NCBI GenBank assembly: GCA_964648985.1
Contig: CAZYMS010000004.1
Location: forward strand, 2,793 to 66,792
Direction: 5' to 3'
DNA from: an uncultured Candidatus Saccharibacteria bacterium
GTDB lineage: Bacteria; Patescibacteriota; Doudnabacteria; UBA920
Length of the DNA: 64,000 bases
This document shows, piece after piece, positions 39,701 through 47,331 of this stretch; position 1 is the stretch's first letter, and every line of letters begins with the position of its first letter. The notes under the pieces are model-generated. The model worked only from the letters and a program-made list of their open reading frames with translations. It was not told the origin of the DNA and ran no database searches. Both the position numbers and the translations under genes were made by a program.

Positions 39701-42700
39701 AGTTATGCTGGTGGTTTAATTGGTAATAATAGAATCACAACAGGGTTAAGTGATGTGATCGGGTCTTATGCTACTGGCAATGTCACCAGTATTGGTGGTG
39801 TGGGAAGTACTGGAAGCTTGGGTGGTAACGGTGCAAATGGGGCAGCAAGTTCTGTTGGTGGTGCTGGCGGTGTTGGTGGTGCTGGCGGCATCGGCGGTGA
39901 AGCAGATGCCGGTGGTTTACTTGGGTATGGAAGCGTTACCAGTGGCGGTAGTAAATATTTTAATTCATACTCTACTGGTAATACTGTAACAGCCACTGGG
40001 GGCACTGGTGGTAACAGCGGTAGTGCCGGTACTGCCGGTAATGGAGGTTCTGGTGCTGCTGGTGGTGCAACTAGTGCAGCTGGGGTAGGTGGAACAGGCG
40101 GCGCAGCCTATGCTGGTGGACTAACTGCTCAACTGGTAGGCTCAGTTTTAATTACAACAAGTTATTCTACTAGAAACGTTTTGGCTACTGGGGGTGCTAG
40201 TGGTAACGGTGCAACTGGAGTTGCTGGAAGTACCGGCGGTTCTGGTGCTATAGGTGGCACTGGTGGGGCTGGTGGTACTGCTGGTGCTGGTGGTGCTAGT
40301 TATGCTGGTGGCTTAGTGGGAAGTAGTGCGGGGATTATTGGTGGTATTTCTTATGCGACTGGAAATGTCACTTCTAATGGAGGAGAAGCTGGGACTTCAG
40401 GTGCAGGCGGTGCAGGCGGCGCAAGTGGAAGTATTTCAGGTTCTACCGCCGCAACTGGTGGCGCAGGAGGTAGCGGTGGCGCAGGTGGTGCTAGTTATGC
40501 TGGTGGCTTAGTCGGAAACAACGGAGCAACTGGTATTATTTCATATTCTTATTCAACAGGTTCGGTGACTTCACTAGGTAGAAATGGCTCCAACGGTAAT
40601 ACTGGCGGCGCTGGTGGAGATGGTTCTAGCGGAACTGGAAACCATGTTGGTGGAACTGGTGGCGCAGGCGGCGCAGGTGGCGCAGGTGGCGCAAGTTATT
40701 CTGGTGGTTTAGTCGGAAACAATGTTAATACTACGAACACAATCACTACCAGTTACACATCAGGAAATGTAACTGGTACAAGCGGTACCGGTGGTAATGC
40801 TGGTATTGGTGGTGCAGGCGGTTTGGCTGGCAATGTTGGCGCTGGTGGTGCGGGCGGTGTCGGTGGCGCAGGTGGCGCAGCTGGGGTTTTGTATACTGGT
40901 GGGTTTGTTGGTTATAACGATGGGACTGTTCAATTATATTCTTATGCGACTGGGAATGTGAGTGGTACTGCTGGTGCCGGTGGTAATGGGTCTACTGGCG
41001 GTGTTGGTGCTGACGGCTTTGACGGTACAACCGCAAACGGTGGTGCTGGCGGCGTTGGTGGTGCAGGCGGCGCAGGCGGCGCTGGTGGTATTACTTATGG
41101 TGGTGGTTTTACAGGGTGGAATAATACGGCCAGAACAATTCGTGATTCATCATCAAGTGGAGACCTTATCCTAACTGGCGGCGCTGGCGGTAATGGAGGA
41201 ACTGGCGGTAATGGAGGAACTGGCGGTGATGGTGCTGCTGCCGGAACCGGAGGAACTGGCGGCGCAGCAGGAGCCCGCAGCGCTGGTATTGTAGGTGGTA
41301 TTACTTATGGTGGTGGATTTGCTGGATATAATTTAGGAACTTTATATGCAGATTATGCAGAAGGAAATGTGACAGTAAATGGTGGTGCTGGTGGTGCTGG
41401 TGGTAACGGCGGTACAGCAGGTGCTGGTGGTAACGGCGGCGCAACTGGAGCTGGGGGAGTTGGCGGTGCTCAAGGTGCTACTGCAGCAGGTGGTGCTGGT
41501 GGTGCATTGTATGCTGGTGGTTTTGCTGGCTACAATTTCACTGCTGGATTAATTCAGTATTCTTGGGCGTCAGGTGACATTACAACTGTAGGCGGTAATG
41601 GTGGTGCATCTGGAACAGCGGGAACTTCGGGTACTGGCGGCGCCGGTGGTACTCTTGCTGGCGGAGCCGGTGGCGCAGCGGTAGCCGGTGGCGCCGGTGG
41701 CGCAGGCGGCGCTAGTTTTGCCGGTGGATTCATCGGTGCAGATTTAACTACAGGAAGTTTTAATACAAGTTATGCTTCTGGTTCTGTAACTATGACGGGT
41801 GGTAATGGAGCTATGGGAGGAGTGGGGGGTGTTGGCGGACATGGAGGTACTGGTGGTTCTGGTGGGTCTGGTAATGGCGGTGCCGGAATAATTGGTGGTA
41901 CTGGAGGAGTTGGAGGAGTTGGAGGTGCTGTTACCGGCGGAGGTTTAGTTGGTCAGAACACTGGAACTATTTCTAATGCTTATGCTTTAGGTAGTGTGAC
42001 TGGGACTGCTGGCACTCCAGGTAATGGTGGCGCAGGCGGTAATGGCGGTAATGGCGGCACGGCTGGTGGTGGAACTGCTGGTTCTAATGGTAATGGCGGT
42101 GCCGGTGGCGCAGGCGGCGCTGGAGCCAATGCGCACATGGGAGGACTACTAGGTAGTCAAGCTACTTCTGTCATTACAAATGTTTATTCTTCTGGTGTGC
42201 CAACAGGAACTAAGACCACTGGTGCCACTGGTGGCGCTGGCGGTATTGCGGGAGTTGGTGGAACTGGCGGTAGTGGCGGTGCTTCTGGAGCAATAGGATC
42301 TTCTGCGTCTACCCAGTATGTTGGAGGTATCACCGGCTTACCAACAAGTGGAACATATGTCTCGACATATTGGGACACAACAACCTCCGGTTACGCAGCA
42401 GGGGATGGTGTTGGTAATGGTGCGGACCCGTCTGGTATGACCGGTAAGACAACCGCCGAAATGAAACAGGAAACTACTTTTGTAGGCTGGGACTTTACTT
42501 CTTTGATTTGGGATATAGATGAAAATAACACTTATCCATATTTTAGTTATCAAACAGTACCCGATTCACCAACTAATATTGTTGCTGTAGGTGGTAATGG
42601 TCAGGCCACGATTACATTTACCCCGCCTGTAGATAATGGCAGTTCTACCATCGTCAGTTACACTGTAACTTCTAATACTGGTGGCCACACAGCAATAGGT

Positions 42701-45700
42701 GGCGGTTCGCCAATTACGGTTACTGGTTTAACCAATGGTACAACCTATACCTTTACTGTTACAGCGACCAATGCTAACGGTACCAGTTCGGCTTCCGGCA
42801 CAAGCAATGCGGTTACACCTGCAACTGTCCCAGGTGCTCCTACAAATGTTTCTGCAGTACGGGGTAACGGACAAGCAACTATTACATTTACTGCTCCTGC
42901 TGGTAATGGCGGTTCAGCGATATTGTCGTACACAGTTACATCCAGTCCCGGCGGACTTACCGCTACTGGCGGCTCTTCGCCATTGGTTGTCACTGGTCTT
43001 TCAAATGGTACAACATACACTTTTACGGTTACCGCTACAAATAGTGCAGGTACAGGTGTTTCTTCAAGTTCAAGCAACTCTGTAACACCAGCAACAGTAC
43101 CTGGCGCTCCTACTGGTGTCACAGCTGTCGCAGGCAACGGACAAGCAACTATTACATTCACGGCTCCTCTAAGCAATGGTGGTGACCCTATTACTTCTTA
43201 TACCGTTACCTCAAGCCCAGGCGGATTTACAGCGACCGGCGGCAGCTCCCCAATTATCGTAACCGGACTTACGAATGGTACTGCATACACGTTTACTGTT
43301 GTGGCGACTAACACCATTGGAAATAGTACGTCATCTAGTACTAGTAATTCTGTAACACCAGCAACAGTACCTGGCGCTCCTACTGGTGTCACAGCTGTCG
43401 CAGGCAACGGACAAGCAACTATTACATTCACGGCTCCTCTAAGCAATGGTGGTGACCCTATTACTTCTTATACCGTTACCTCAAGCCCAGGCGGATTTAC
43501 AGCGACCGGCGGCAGCTCCCCAATTATCGTAACCGGACTTACGAATGGTACTGCATACACGTTTACTGTTGTGGCGACAAATGCGGTAGGTGATAGCAGT
43601 GCTTCTTCGAGCAGCAATGCGGTTACACCTGCAACTGTCCCAGGTGCTCCTACAAATGTTTCTGCAGTACGGGGTAACGGACAAGCAACTATTACATTTA
43701 CTGCTCCTGCTGGTAATGGCGGTTCAGCGATATTGTCGTACACAGTTACATCCAGTCCCGGCGGACTTACCGCTACTGGCGGCTCTTCGCCATTGGTTGT
43801 CACTGGTCTTTCAAATGGTACAACATACACTTTTACGGTAATAGCTACGAATGCAGTGGGAGACAGCAGTAGTTCAAGTGCAAGCAATTCAATTTCACCA
43901 GCCACAGTACCCGGCGCCCCTATAGTTGGTACGGCAACTGCTGGGGACGGCGAAGCAACTATTACATTTACACCACCAGCGAGTGACGGCAGTGCTGTCA
44001 TAACCAGCTACACCGTAACTTCCAGCCCTGGCGGGCTTACTGCCACTGGTGGTTCTTCACCGCTTATAGTTACAGGACTTACGAATGGTGTCACGTATAC
44101 GTTTACCGTAACAGCGACCAATGCTGTTGGGGTAAGTAGTGGCTCGAGCTCGAGTAATTCTGTGGTTCCAAAAACTATTCCCGGTGCTCCAACAGGTGTC
44201 ACCGCCGTTCGCGGAAATGGTGAAGCGACTATTACGTTTACTGCTCCGGTGAGCAACGGCGGCTCAGCCATAACCAGCTACACCGTTACTTCCAGCCCTG
44301 GCGGCTTTACCGCAACCGGCGGATCTTCGCCAATCACGGTAACAGGTTTGACCAACGGTACAACATATACGTTTACGGTGACTGCGACAAATGCTGCTGG
44401 TACGAGCATTGCTTCTAGCTCGAGTAACTCAGTTATTCCTGCTACGGTGCCCGGTGCACCTACAGCCGTAACCGCCGTTCGCGGAAATGGTGAAGCCTCT
44501 GTTTCATTTACTGCGCCTATTAGCAACGGCGGTTCGGCAATAACCGGCTATACCGTTACTTCCAGCCCGGGCGGCATAACCGCTAGTGGCGGTTCTTCGC
44601 CAATAGTTATAACTGGTCTTTCAAATGGCACTGCATACACGTTTACGGTAGTGGCAACAAATGCTATAGGTAGTAGCGCTGCTTCGAGCTCCAGTAATTC
44701 AATCACTCCTGCTGCTGTGCCAGGCGCGCCAACAAGTGTTGCTGCTGTTGCGGGTAATGGCGAAGCAATCATTTCATTTACTGCGCCGCTTGACAATGGG
44801 AGTGCTGCCATAACTAGCTACACCGTTACTTCCAGCCCTGGCGGCTTTACCGCAACCGGTGGTTCTTCGCCACTCATTGTGACAGGTTTAACCAACGGCG
44901 TAACATATACGTTTACCGTTACCGCAACGAATGCAGTTGGTACGAGCATTGCATCCAGCTCCAGTAATTCCATAGTGCCTGCAACAGTACCAGGTGCGCC
45001 AACTTCAGTAACCGCCGTTCGCGGAAATGGTGAAGCGACTATTACATTTACTGCTCCGGTGAGCAACGGCGGTTCAGTCATTACCGGTTACACCGTTACT
45101 TCCAGCCCTGGCGGCTTTACTGCCACTGGTGGTTCTTCACCGCTTATAGTTACAGGACTTACGAATGGTGTCACGTATACGTTTACCGTTACTGCAACGA
45201 ATGGCATTGGTACGAGCATAACTTCCAGCTCATCCAATTCAGTGGTACCAGCAACAGTGCCCGGTGCTCCAACAGCCGTAACCGCCGTTCGCGGAAATGG
45301 TGAAGCGACTATTACATTTACTGCTCCGGTGAGCAACGGCGGTTCAGTCATTACCGGTTACACCGTTACTTCCAGCCCTGGCGGCTTTACCGCAACCGGC
45401 GGATCTTCGCCAATCACGGTAACAGGTTTGACCAACGGTACAAGTTACACCTTTACGGTAGTGGCCACGAATGCAGTGGGCTCGAGTAGTAACTCAGGTG
45501 CAAGTAGCGCAGTAACTCCTGCTACTGTGCCGGATGCGCCTATAAACGTAGCGGGAACAATTGGTGATGGTAGTGTTACTGTGTCCTTCACAACCCCGGT
45601 ATCGAATGGTGGCTCCGCAATAACCAGCTACACGGTTACTTCGAACATTGGCGGCTTTTTTGCCACCGGTAGTTCATCGCCTCTTACAGTGACTGGTTTA

Positions 45701-47245
45701 ACCAATGGAGTTACCTATACGTTTACCGTAACCGCCACGAATAGTCTCGGAACTAGTACGAGTTCAGGGACAAGTGCTGGCTTGACTCCCGCAAGTGTCC
45801 CGGGTGTTCCAACCAACCTTGCCTCTACCAGTGGAGATACAAGTGTTGCACTGTCATGGTCCGCGCCGGTAAGTAACGGAGGCTCTGCAGTTACCGATTA
45901 TGTTATTGAATACAAATTAACCAGTGGCGGTACATGGTCAGTGTTTGCCGATGGGGTCGGTGCTGGACTTTCTGCTACGGTAACGGGCCTCGCAAATGAT
46001 AACTCGTATGATTTTAGGGTCAGTGCCAAGAACGCTGCAGGACAAGGTGCAAGCACTAATTCTGTGAGTGAAACACCAGCACCACCAGCGCAGGTACTTA
46101 TACAAAGCTTTACCGATCTGACTGCCCCGACTGTAGCAGCTGCAGTACGTATTACAAACGAAGGGGCAACTGCCTACGAGTATCAATACACGTGGTGTGT
46201 TACTGACGCACAAGCAAATGTGTGCGGCGGTGGCGATGATGTGTTCTCTTCCACAGCTGCAAAGCTTATCCAGTCCGGCGAGAACTTTGATGCTACGCTG
46301 AACTCGACGATTTCGACTCCTGGAAACTATTGGTTTCACCTAAATGTACAATTTGGTTCTGATTCTTCTGAAGCAGTACAATCTTTTACTGCAATAGCCG
46401 CAACACCAGTTGTTACTCCACCGGGCGGTGGAGGTGGTGGAGGTGGTGGGGGCGGATCTACGGGCGGTGGGGGAGTAATAGTAAGTCCACAGCCTACTCC
46501 GGTAACGACTGTCCCCGTAGGTGGGGCTGGTACAGGCGAGGCTCATCCAAACGGTACGCTTATATATGATGGTAATACATTTTATATTCTTTCTGCAGGT
46601 CAGCGAGTAGGGTTTAGAAATGAGCAAGAATATAAATCGTACGGATATACCTTTGATCAGGCTGTGCCCGCTTCCTTGTACGATAAAGCACTTCCTGAAC
46701 ACGGAATTAATAAAGCTATGGAGGGTACATTGGTGTTGGATGCGACCGATGGCAGAACAGTGTATATGATAGGCGCGGGTAGTACAAAGCGCGGTTTTGT
46801 TTCTGCCGCAGTATTTAAGGCGCTTGGGTATAGCTATACAAACCTGCCAAAAATAAATCTATCCGACTATCCAACCGGAATACCGATTGGCAGTGCAAAA
46901 CTACCACATCCGGATGGCTCACTCGTTATGCAAGGTAAAACTATTTGGTGGATTCGCAATGGGCAAAAAACCGGCTTCGAGACAATGGCAGTATTCAACA
47001 CATACGGCTTTAGCCTTTCAAGAGTGGTAAAAGCGAACGCTGCAGATGTAGCGTTGCCCGAAGGCCCCATTGTTAAGTTCCGCGATGGAACCTTGGTTTT
47101 GGACCAGCGGACCTATCATCTTATATCGGATGGTAAAAAGCTGGCATTCACTTCCGACAGTCAACTCATACAGCTTGGTTATAATATTGTACGAGCAGTG
47201 TTAGCTAGTCTGTATACCTATGAATCAGGTGGAGTAGTGAAGTAA
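30710..47245 (+). CDS. giant (5511 aa) secreted multi-domain surface protein. Order of domains: signal peptide/TM, acidic Glu/Ala/Thr/Val-rich region, GLUG lead-in domain, more than 45 GLUG-motif repeats with poly-Gly (GGAGG) spacers, 13 FN3 repeats, poly-Gly hinge, four C-terminal ~55-aa repeats
   Basis: Lead-in 'YDVYGLQAMKTNLANSYRLNGNIDAS...FTGNFDGAGFVISDLFIN...VGLFGYT' and repeated 'YxGGLVGxNxGxIxNSYATGNVTG' are GLUG-family signatures. 'GKTTAEMKQETTFVGWDFTSLIWDIDENNTYPYF' is the usual GLUG-region terminus. FN3 units are 'PGAPTxVTAVxGNGxATITFTAP..NGGS.ITSYTVTSSPGG.TATGGSSP..VTGLTNGT.YTFTV.ATN'. The ORF is uninterrupted. Confidence 0.85.
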   Translation: MPHMPSVVKLFFLASCFVLAGFLFLASPIKAAVAEEVVASSETSLAALVPTQEVATTSAEGVASEPAPTVVAEVTVSEEIIDAPEAEAAPGTEGADVPEATTPAPEASTSTSEDASAQVLIVSEATEQEGALDTAPDVAEVPEESSEEVVPEIIAAGPEQVAQTEEAASVAESGAAPSAKSAPEEIISETPVAETPAQGTEMTPEVEVPAVEVAETASEISVGEELPVAEVTEIAQSTAIEEALETESVAPTVEENISETVEAETEVASTVDATPTVVEEFTSNGKTVVVSSTEEQELVHPMVNVPVGTDIPEIFRVGQEDQIKIKWQNNDGQEMQFTALDTNDNGYIDRVEWIVPHLSTQTFEIIYISNALLLDEHKNTVGDIYGLVATQDQNYASVTNGQFVRVTFEHILNESRDITLYAKPANPAEPATIEAYTVDGQRIATFATIDHDGKYRIILLGLSNPSAVFDLKVTGAVDIDFIIDPPANAYWVGGAGNWSDAANHWATTSGGAPGAGNAPDATSNVIFDASSGSASDIVNIDTTITIGSLAINGFTGTISQNADVSITNSGGQSGSYSQTSAATWTAPDPGTDTFSATGSFSVTAGTFRRYTGTGISTDPFVIYDVYGLQAMKTNLANSYRLNGNIDASVTTGWNSGEGFVPVGTNITNFTGNFDGAGFVISDLFINSTTLSYVGLFGYTLGSIQDLTLTNADITGVGIAGSNGSDGAAGSSGTTPTVGGTGTIGTAGSILYIGGLAGYNAGTITNISISGTVTGTGGAGGNSGNGGAGGNTTSGATVSGAGGTSLAGGAGAVVYSGGLIGYSAQGSINDSSSSAIVTGTGGAGGNSGNGGAGGTNSGSGIGGAGGGVGAPGVGGISYTGGLIGWVNSGIVVTSFATGNVIAAGGTGGSAGAAGVGGAGGTAAIGGAGGAGGTGATGGASFAGGLVGNNLGNIRFASYATGDITATGGTPGNGSAGGTAGASAVATTGTAATGGAGGVGGAGGIAYAGGLVGQNNSDGVVSGVTAPNYATGDVTATGSNGQNGQVGGTGGSAAAGTAHTGGTGGAGGTGGAGGGAYAGGLVGLNTGVILISNSNTGTVTVVGGTGGAGGTGGTGGAKGSSGSNGANGASGTGGSANVTSSYVGGLVGSNVGAVQDSYSTNPVIGTGGAGGSGATGVNGLTGIVGATGGTGGAAGVLYIGGVAGNNTLTITGSYHTTGAVTGTAGSGGSAGAGGAGGTGALAGAGGVATVGAIIYAGGVIGNNTGNSLLNDYSTSNVTGTGGAGGNGASGGVGATSLAGITGTVGAVGGIAYVGGVVGYSSNGEILESYSTGDVVAIGGAGGTGGNGGAGGTGAASTTGGAGANGAIGGAGGAAFGGGVLGNYILGPIGEVHNTGNVTVTGGTGGNGGAGGTGGNGGTNAVGGTGGNGGAGGAGGVANSGGIAGQSTGVINGVSYSTGNITAIAGTPGNGGVGGAGGSTTATFNATAAAAGGTGGAGGAGAIAYAGGLVGNNANTIINSYASGIITATASAGKDGAAAGSAGNGSAGGSSHAGAVGATGGAGGAGAAAYAGGLAGLNTSTITNSYIQTGSVTATGSIGGNGAAGASGGVGGTSAIGGVGGVGGVGGAGGVGHAGGVAGHNNTGGVVQDGTYSNVNITSLGGTSGNGGAGGAGGVRAVGGAGGAVVAGAIAYAGGLVGLNTATIADSHATGNVTATAGSGGSPGSGGNGGSGTTGAAGGASGATDVAASVLLRIGGAAYAGGLLGYNTTNGIIQGTSYSTGDATSTGGAGGAGANGANGGNSSGAVAGAAGIAGISGGAGGVGAAGGLVGWNIGVVSPASYAQGDVSAAGGVGGSSGSAGTPGSSGAGMAGVAGVAGGAGGIGGAAYAGGVIGYNGVLGSTISTANNVGTVASIGGAGANGAVGGAGGAGGSSTGAIGGAGGAGGAGGAGGAAYGAGVAGLNIGLIKDVNYTITTVTVVGGAAGNGAVGGNAGPSGNISGSTGATAGTGGVGGIGGAVFIGGLAGDNPGVIHNSTVVGSLSASNKAGGNGGNGGIGGDGSLGTGSHNGGVGGLGGAGGASGALYMGGLAGQGNGNISDSSSTGGTMTVAQSVGGGNGGNGGNGGTAGTGGRNGTGGAGGAGGVTGAMFVGGAIGHNSLANVTFDNIFSTNNIVISADDGGDGGAGANGANGAIGGIGGAGGAGGVTQTTATNAGGLIGDVTGAGTSILNSYATGNVTVVGDSGGTGATGGAGGNGAAGMTGGAGAVGGAGGSGGYVYGGGLIGFTSTNAYVGSSHATGNVTITAGSGGAAGNGGAGGAGGSASVGGAGAIGGAGGVGGISNVGGLVGYATSGIIVDSYSTGAVQGTSGNGGNSGNGGAGGSGGSGAIGGAGGAGTVGAAGGASFTGGLIGDHAITIETSYHTTGAVTSYSGNGGAGGAGGAGGASGNITNGTAAIGGAGGAGGAGGALHAGGLVGRNNAVTGIINNSYATSNVNGVGGNGGAGGAGGAGGDGSSGTNHIGGAGGAGGAGGAAAIAVASSLQIGGLVGSNLLGTITNSYAQTGTVTATGGAGGASSQGGVGGTGTGTALYGIGGAGGIGGAGGGIYAGGLVGYTTGVIQTGSYSKTSIDVTGGAGANGSDGRSAAANSGVAGSAGGAGGASGIVYAGGLVGYATSDIISSYASFHAGSGKGNIVVNGGVAGNGGSGGDGGSGLVGGSVGGAGGVGGAGGAETGSFVGGLSGYISATGVITDSYSENLTITGAEQPGGAGGDGGSGGTGVGTFVGGIGAVGGAGGAGGVRAFGGLVGDNLGTIQSGSYSNVNITVVGGAGGDGGSGGNGGTSGSSVSSGTAAAGGVGGAGGAGAATYGGGLVGRMSGTTQLLQILNSYATGSVTVVGGLGGNGGNGGNGGNGSTGTSTHIGSVGALGGAAGVGGEADAGGLVGMSNFSSGTSNFLYTYATGNVSSTGGNSGAAGTSGNGGASRTTIAGGAGGGAVAGVAGGASYAGGLIGNNRITTGLSDVIGSYATGNVTSIGGVGSTGSLGGNGANGAASSVGGAGGVGGAGGIGGEADAGGLLGYGSVTSGGSKYFNSYSTGNTVTATGGTGGNSGSAGTAGNGGSGAAGGATSAAGVGGTGGAAYAGGLTAQLVGSVLITTSYSTRNVLATGGASGNGATGVAGSTGGSGAIGGTGGAGGTAGAGGASYAGGLVGSSAGIIGGISYATGNVTSNGGEAGTSGAGGAGGASGSISGSTAATGGAGGSGGAGGASYAGGLVGNNGATGIISYSYSTGSVTSLGRNGSNGNTGGAGGDGSSGTGNHVGGTGGAGGAGGAGGASYSGGLVGNNVNTTNTITTSYTSGNVTGTSGTGGNAGIGGAGGLAGNVGAGGAGGVGGAGGAAGVLYTGGFVGYNDGTVQLYSYATGNVSGTAGAGGNGSTGGVGADGFDGTTANGGAGGVGGAGGAGGAGGITYGGGFTGWNNTARTIRDSSSSGDLILTGGAGGNGGTGGNGGTGGDGAAAGTGGTGGAAGARSAGIVGGITYGGGFAGYNLGTLYADYAEGNVTVNGGAGGAGGNGGTAGAGGNGGATGAGGVGGAQGATAAGGAGGALYAGGFAGYNFTAGLIQYSWASGDITTVGGNGGASGTAGTSGTGGAGGTLAGGAGGAAVAGGAGGAGGASFAGGFIGADLTTGSFNTSYASGSVTMTGGNGAMGGVGGVGGHGGTGGSGGSGNGGAGIIGGTGGVGGVGGAVTGGGLVGQNTGTISNAYALGSVTGTAGTPGNGGAGGNGGNGGTAGGGTAGSNGNGGAGGAGGAGANAHMGGLLGSQATSVITNVYSSGVPTGTKTTGATGGAGGIAGVGGTGGSGGASGAIGSSASTQYVGGITGLPTSGTYVSTYWDTTTSGYAAGDGVGNGADPSGMTGKTTAEMKQETTFVGWDFTSLIWDIDENNTYPYFSYQTVPDSPTNIVAVGGNGQATITFTPPVDNGSSTIVSYTVTSNTGGHTAIGGGSPITVTGLTNGTTYTFTVTATNANGTSSASGTSNAVTPATVPGAPTNVSAVRGNGQATITFTAPAGNGGSAILSYTVTSSPGGLTATGGSSPLVVTGLSNGTTYTFTVTATNSAGTGVSSSSSNSVTPATVPGAPTGVTAVAGNGQATITFTAPLSNGGDPITSYTVTSSPGGFTATGGSSPIIVTGLTNGTAYTFTVVATNTIGNSTSSSTSNSVTPATVPGAPTGVTAVAGNGQATITFTAPLSNGGDPITSYTVTSSPGGFTATGGSSPIIVTGLTNGTAYTFTVVATNAVGDSSASSSSNAVTPATVPGAPTNVSAVRGNGQATITFTAPAGNGGSAILSYTVTSSPGGLTATGGSSPLVVTGLSNGTTYTFTVIATNAVGDSSSSSASNSISPATVPGAPIVGTATAGDGEATITFTPPASDGSAVITSYTVTSSPGGLTATGGSSPLIVTGLTNGVTYTFTVTATNAVGVSSGSSSSNSVVPKTIPGAPTGVTAVRGNGEATITFTAPVSNGGSAITSYTVTSSPGGFTATGGSSPITVTGLTNGTTYTFTVTATNAAGTSIASSSSNSVIPATVPGAPTAVTAVRGNGEASVSFTAPISNGGSAITGYTVTSSPGGITASGGSSPIVITGLSNGTAYTFTVVATNAIGSSAASSSSNSITPAAVPGAPTSVAAVAGNGEAIISFTAPLDNGSAAITSYTVTSSPGGFTATGGSSPLIVTGLTNGVTYTFTVTATNAVGTSIASSSSNSIVPATVPGAPTSVTAVRGNGEATITFTAPVSNGGSVITGYTVTSSPGGFTATGGSSPLIVTGLTNGVTYTFTVTATNGIGTSITSSSSNSVVPATVPGAPTAVTAVRGNGEATITFTAPVSNGGSVITGYTVTSSPGGFTATGGSSPITVTGLTNGTSYTFTVVATNAVGSSSNSGASSAVTPATVPDAPINVAGTIGDGSVTVSFTTPVSNGGSAITSYTVTSNIGGFFATGSSSPLTVTGLTNGVTYTFTVTATNSLGTSTSSGTSAGLTPASVPGVPTNLASTSGDTSVALSWSAPVSNGGSAVTDYVIEYKLTSGGTWSVFADGVGAGLSATVTGLANDNSYDFRVSAKNAAGQGASTNSVSETPAPPAQVLIQSFTDLTAPTVAAAVRITNEGATAYEYQYTWCVTDAQANVCGGGDDVFSSTAAKLIQSGENFDATLNSTISTPGNYWFHLNVQFGSDSSEAVQSFTAIAATPVVTPPGGGGGGGGGGGSTGGGGVIVSPQPTPVTTVPVGGAGTGEAHPNGTLIYDGNTFYILSAGQRVGFRNEQEYKSYGYTFDQAVPASLYDKALPEHGINKAMEGTLVLDATDGRTVYMIGAGSTKRGFVSAAVFKALGYSYTNLPKINLSDYPTGIPIGSAKLPHPDGSLVMQGKTIWWIRNGQKTGFETMAVFNTYGFSLSRVVKANAADVALPEGPIVKFRDGTLVLDQRTYHLISDGKKLAFTSDSQLIQLGYNIVRAVLASLYTYESGGVVK
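42797..43028 (+). repeat. FN3 repeat copy A: a 232-nt exact direct repeat of 43617..43848
   Basis: Identical nucleotide strings seen in sequence. Confidence 0.8.
43081..43318 (+). repeat. FN3 repeat copy B: a 238-nt exact tandem direct repeat of 43351..43588
   Basis: Identical nucleotide strings seen in sequence. Confidence 0.8.
43351..43588 (+). repeat. FN3 repeat copy B' (exact duplicate of 43081..43318)
   Basis: see above. Confidence 0.8.
43617..43848 (+). repeat. FN3 repeat copy A' (exact duplicate of 42797..43028)
   Basis: see above. Confidence 0.8.
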
Positions 47246-47262
47246 ACAAGTCTTAGTAGCAT

Positions 47263-47295
47263 AAAAAATGCTCGCTATATATGGTGAGCATTTTT
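47263..47295 (+). terminator. rho-independent terminator of the giant gene (AAAAAATGCTC-loop-GAGCATTTTT)
   Basis: Perfect 10-bp stem plus a T5 tract, 18 nt after the stop. Confidence 0.6.
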
Positions 47296-47331
47296 GATAT
47301 GCTTGTACTATATCCCTAGCAATATATACAT

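Noticed and set aside
33000-42300. CRISPR-like periodicity (short GGTGGTGCTGGCGG-type repeats at regular spacing)
   Set aside because: The repeats are in frame and encode GGAGG glycine tracts within a continuous ORF. There is no constant-length repeat/spacer architecture and no cas genes.
33337-45351. Many 60-180-aa minus-strand ORFs inside the giant gene (e.g. 33337..33777, 42745..43176, 43468..44001, 44008..45351), encoding Pro/Ala/Val-rich peptides
   Set aside because: They are antisense reading frames of the Gly-codon-rich GLUG spacers and FN3 repeats. They repeat only because the sense strand repeats, they have no independent start or RBS context, and the sense ORF is continuous for 16.5 kb.
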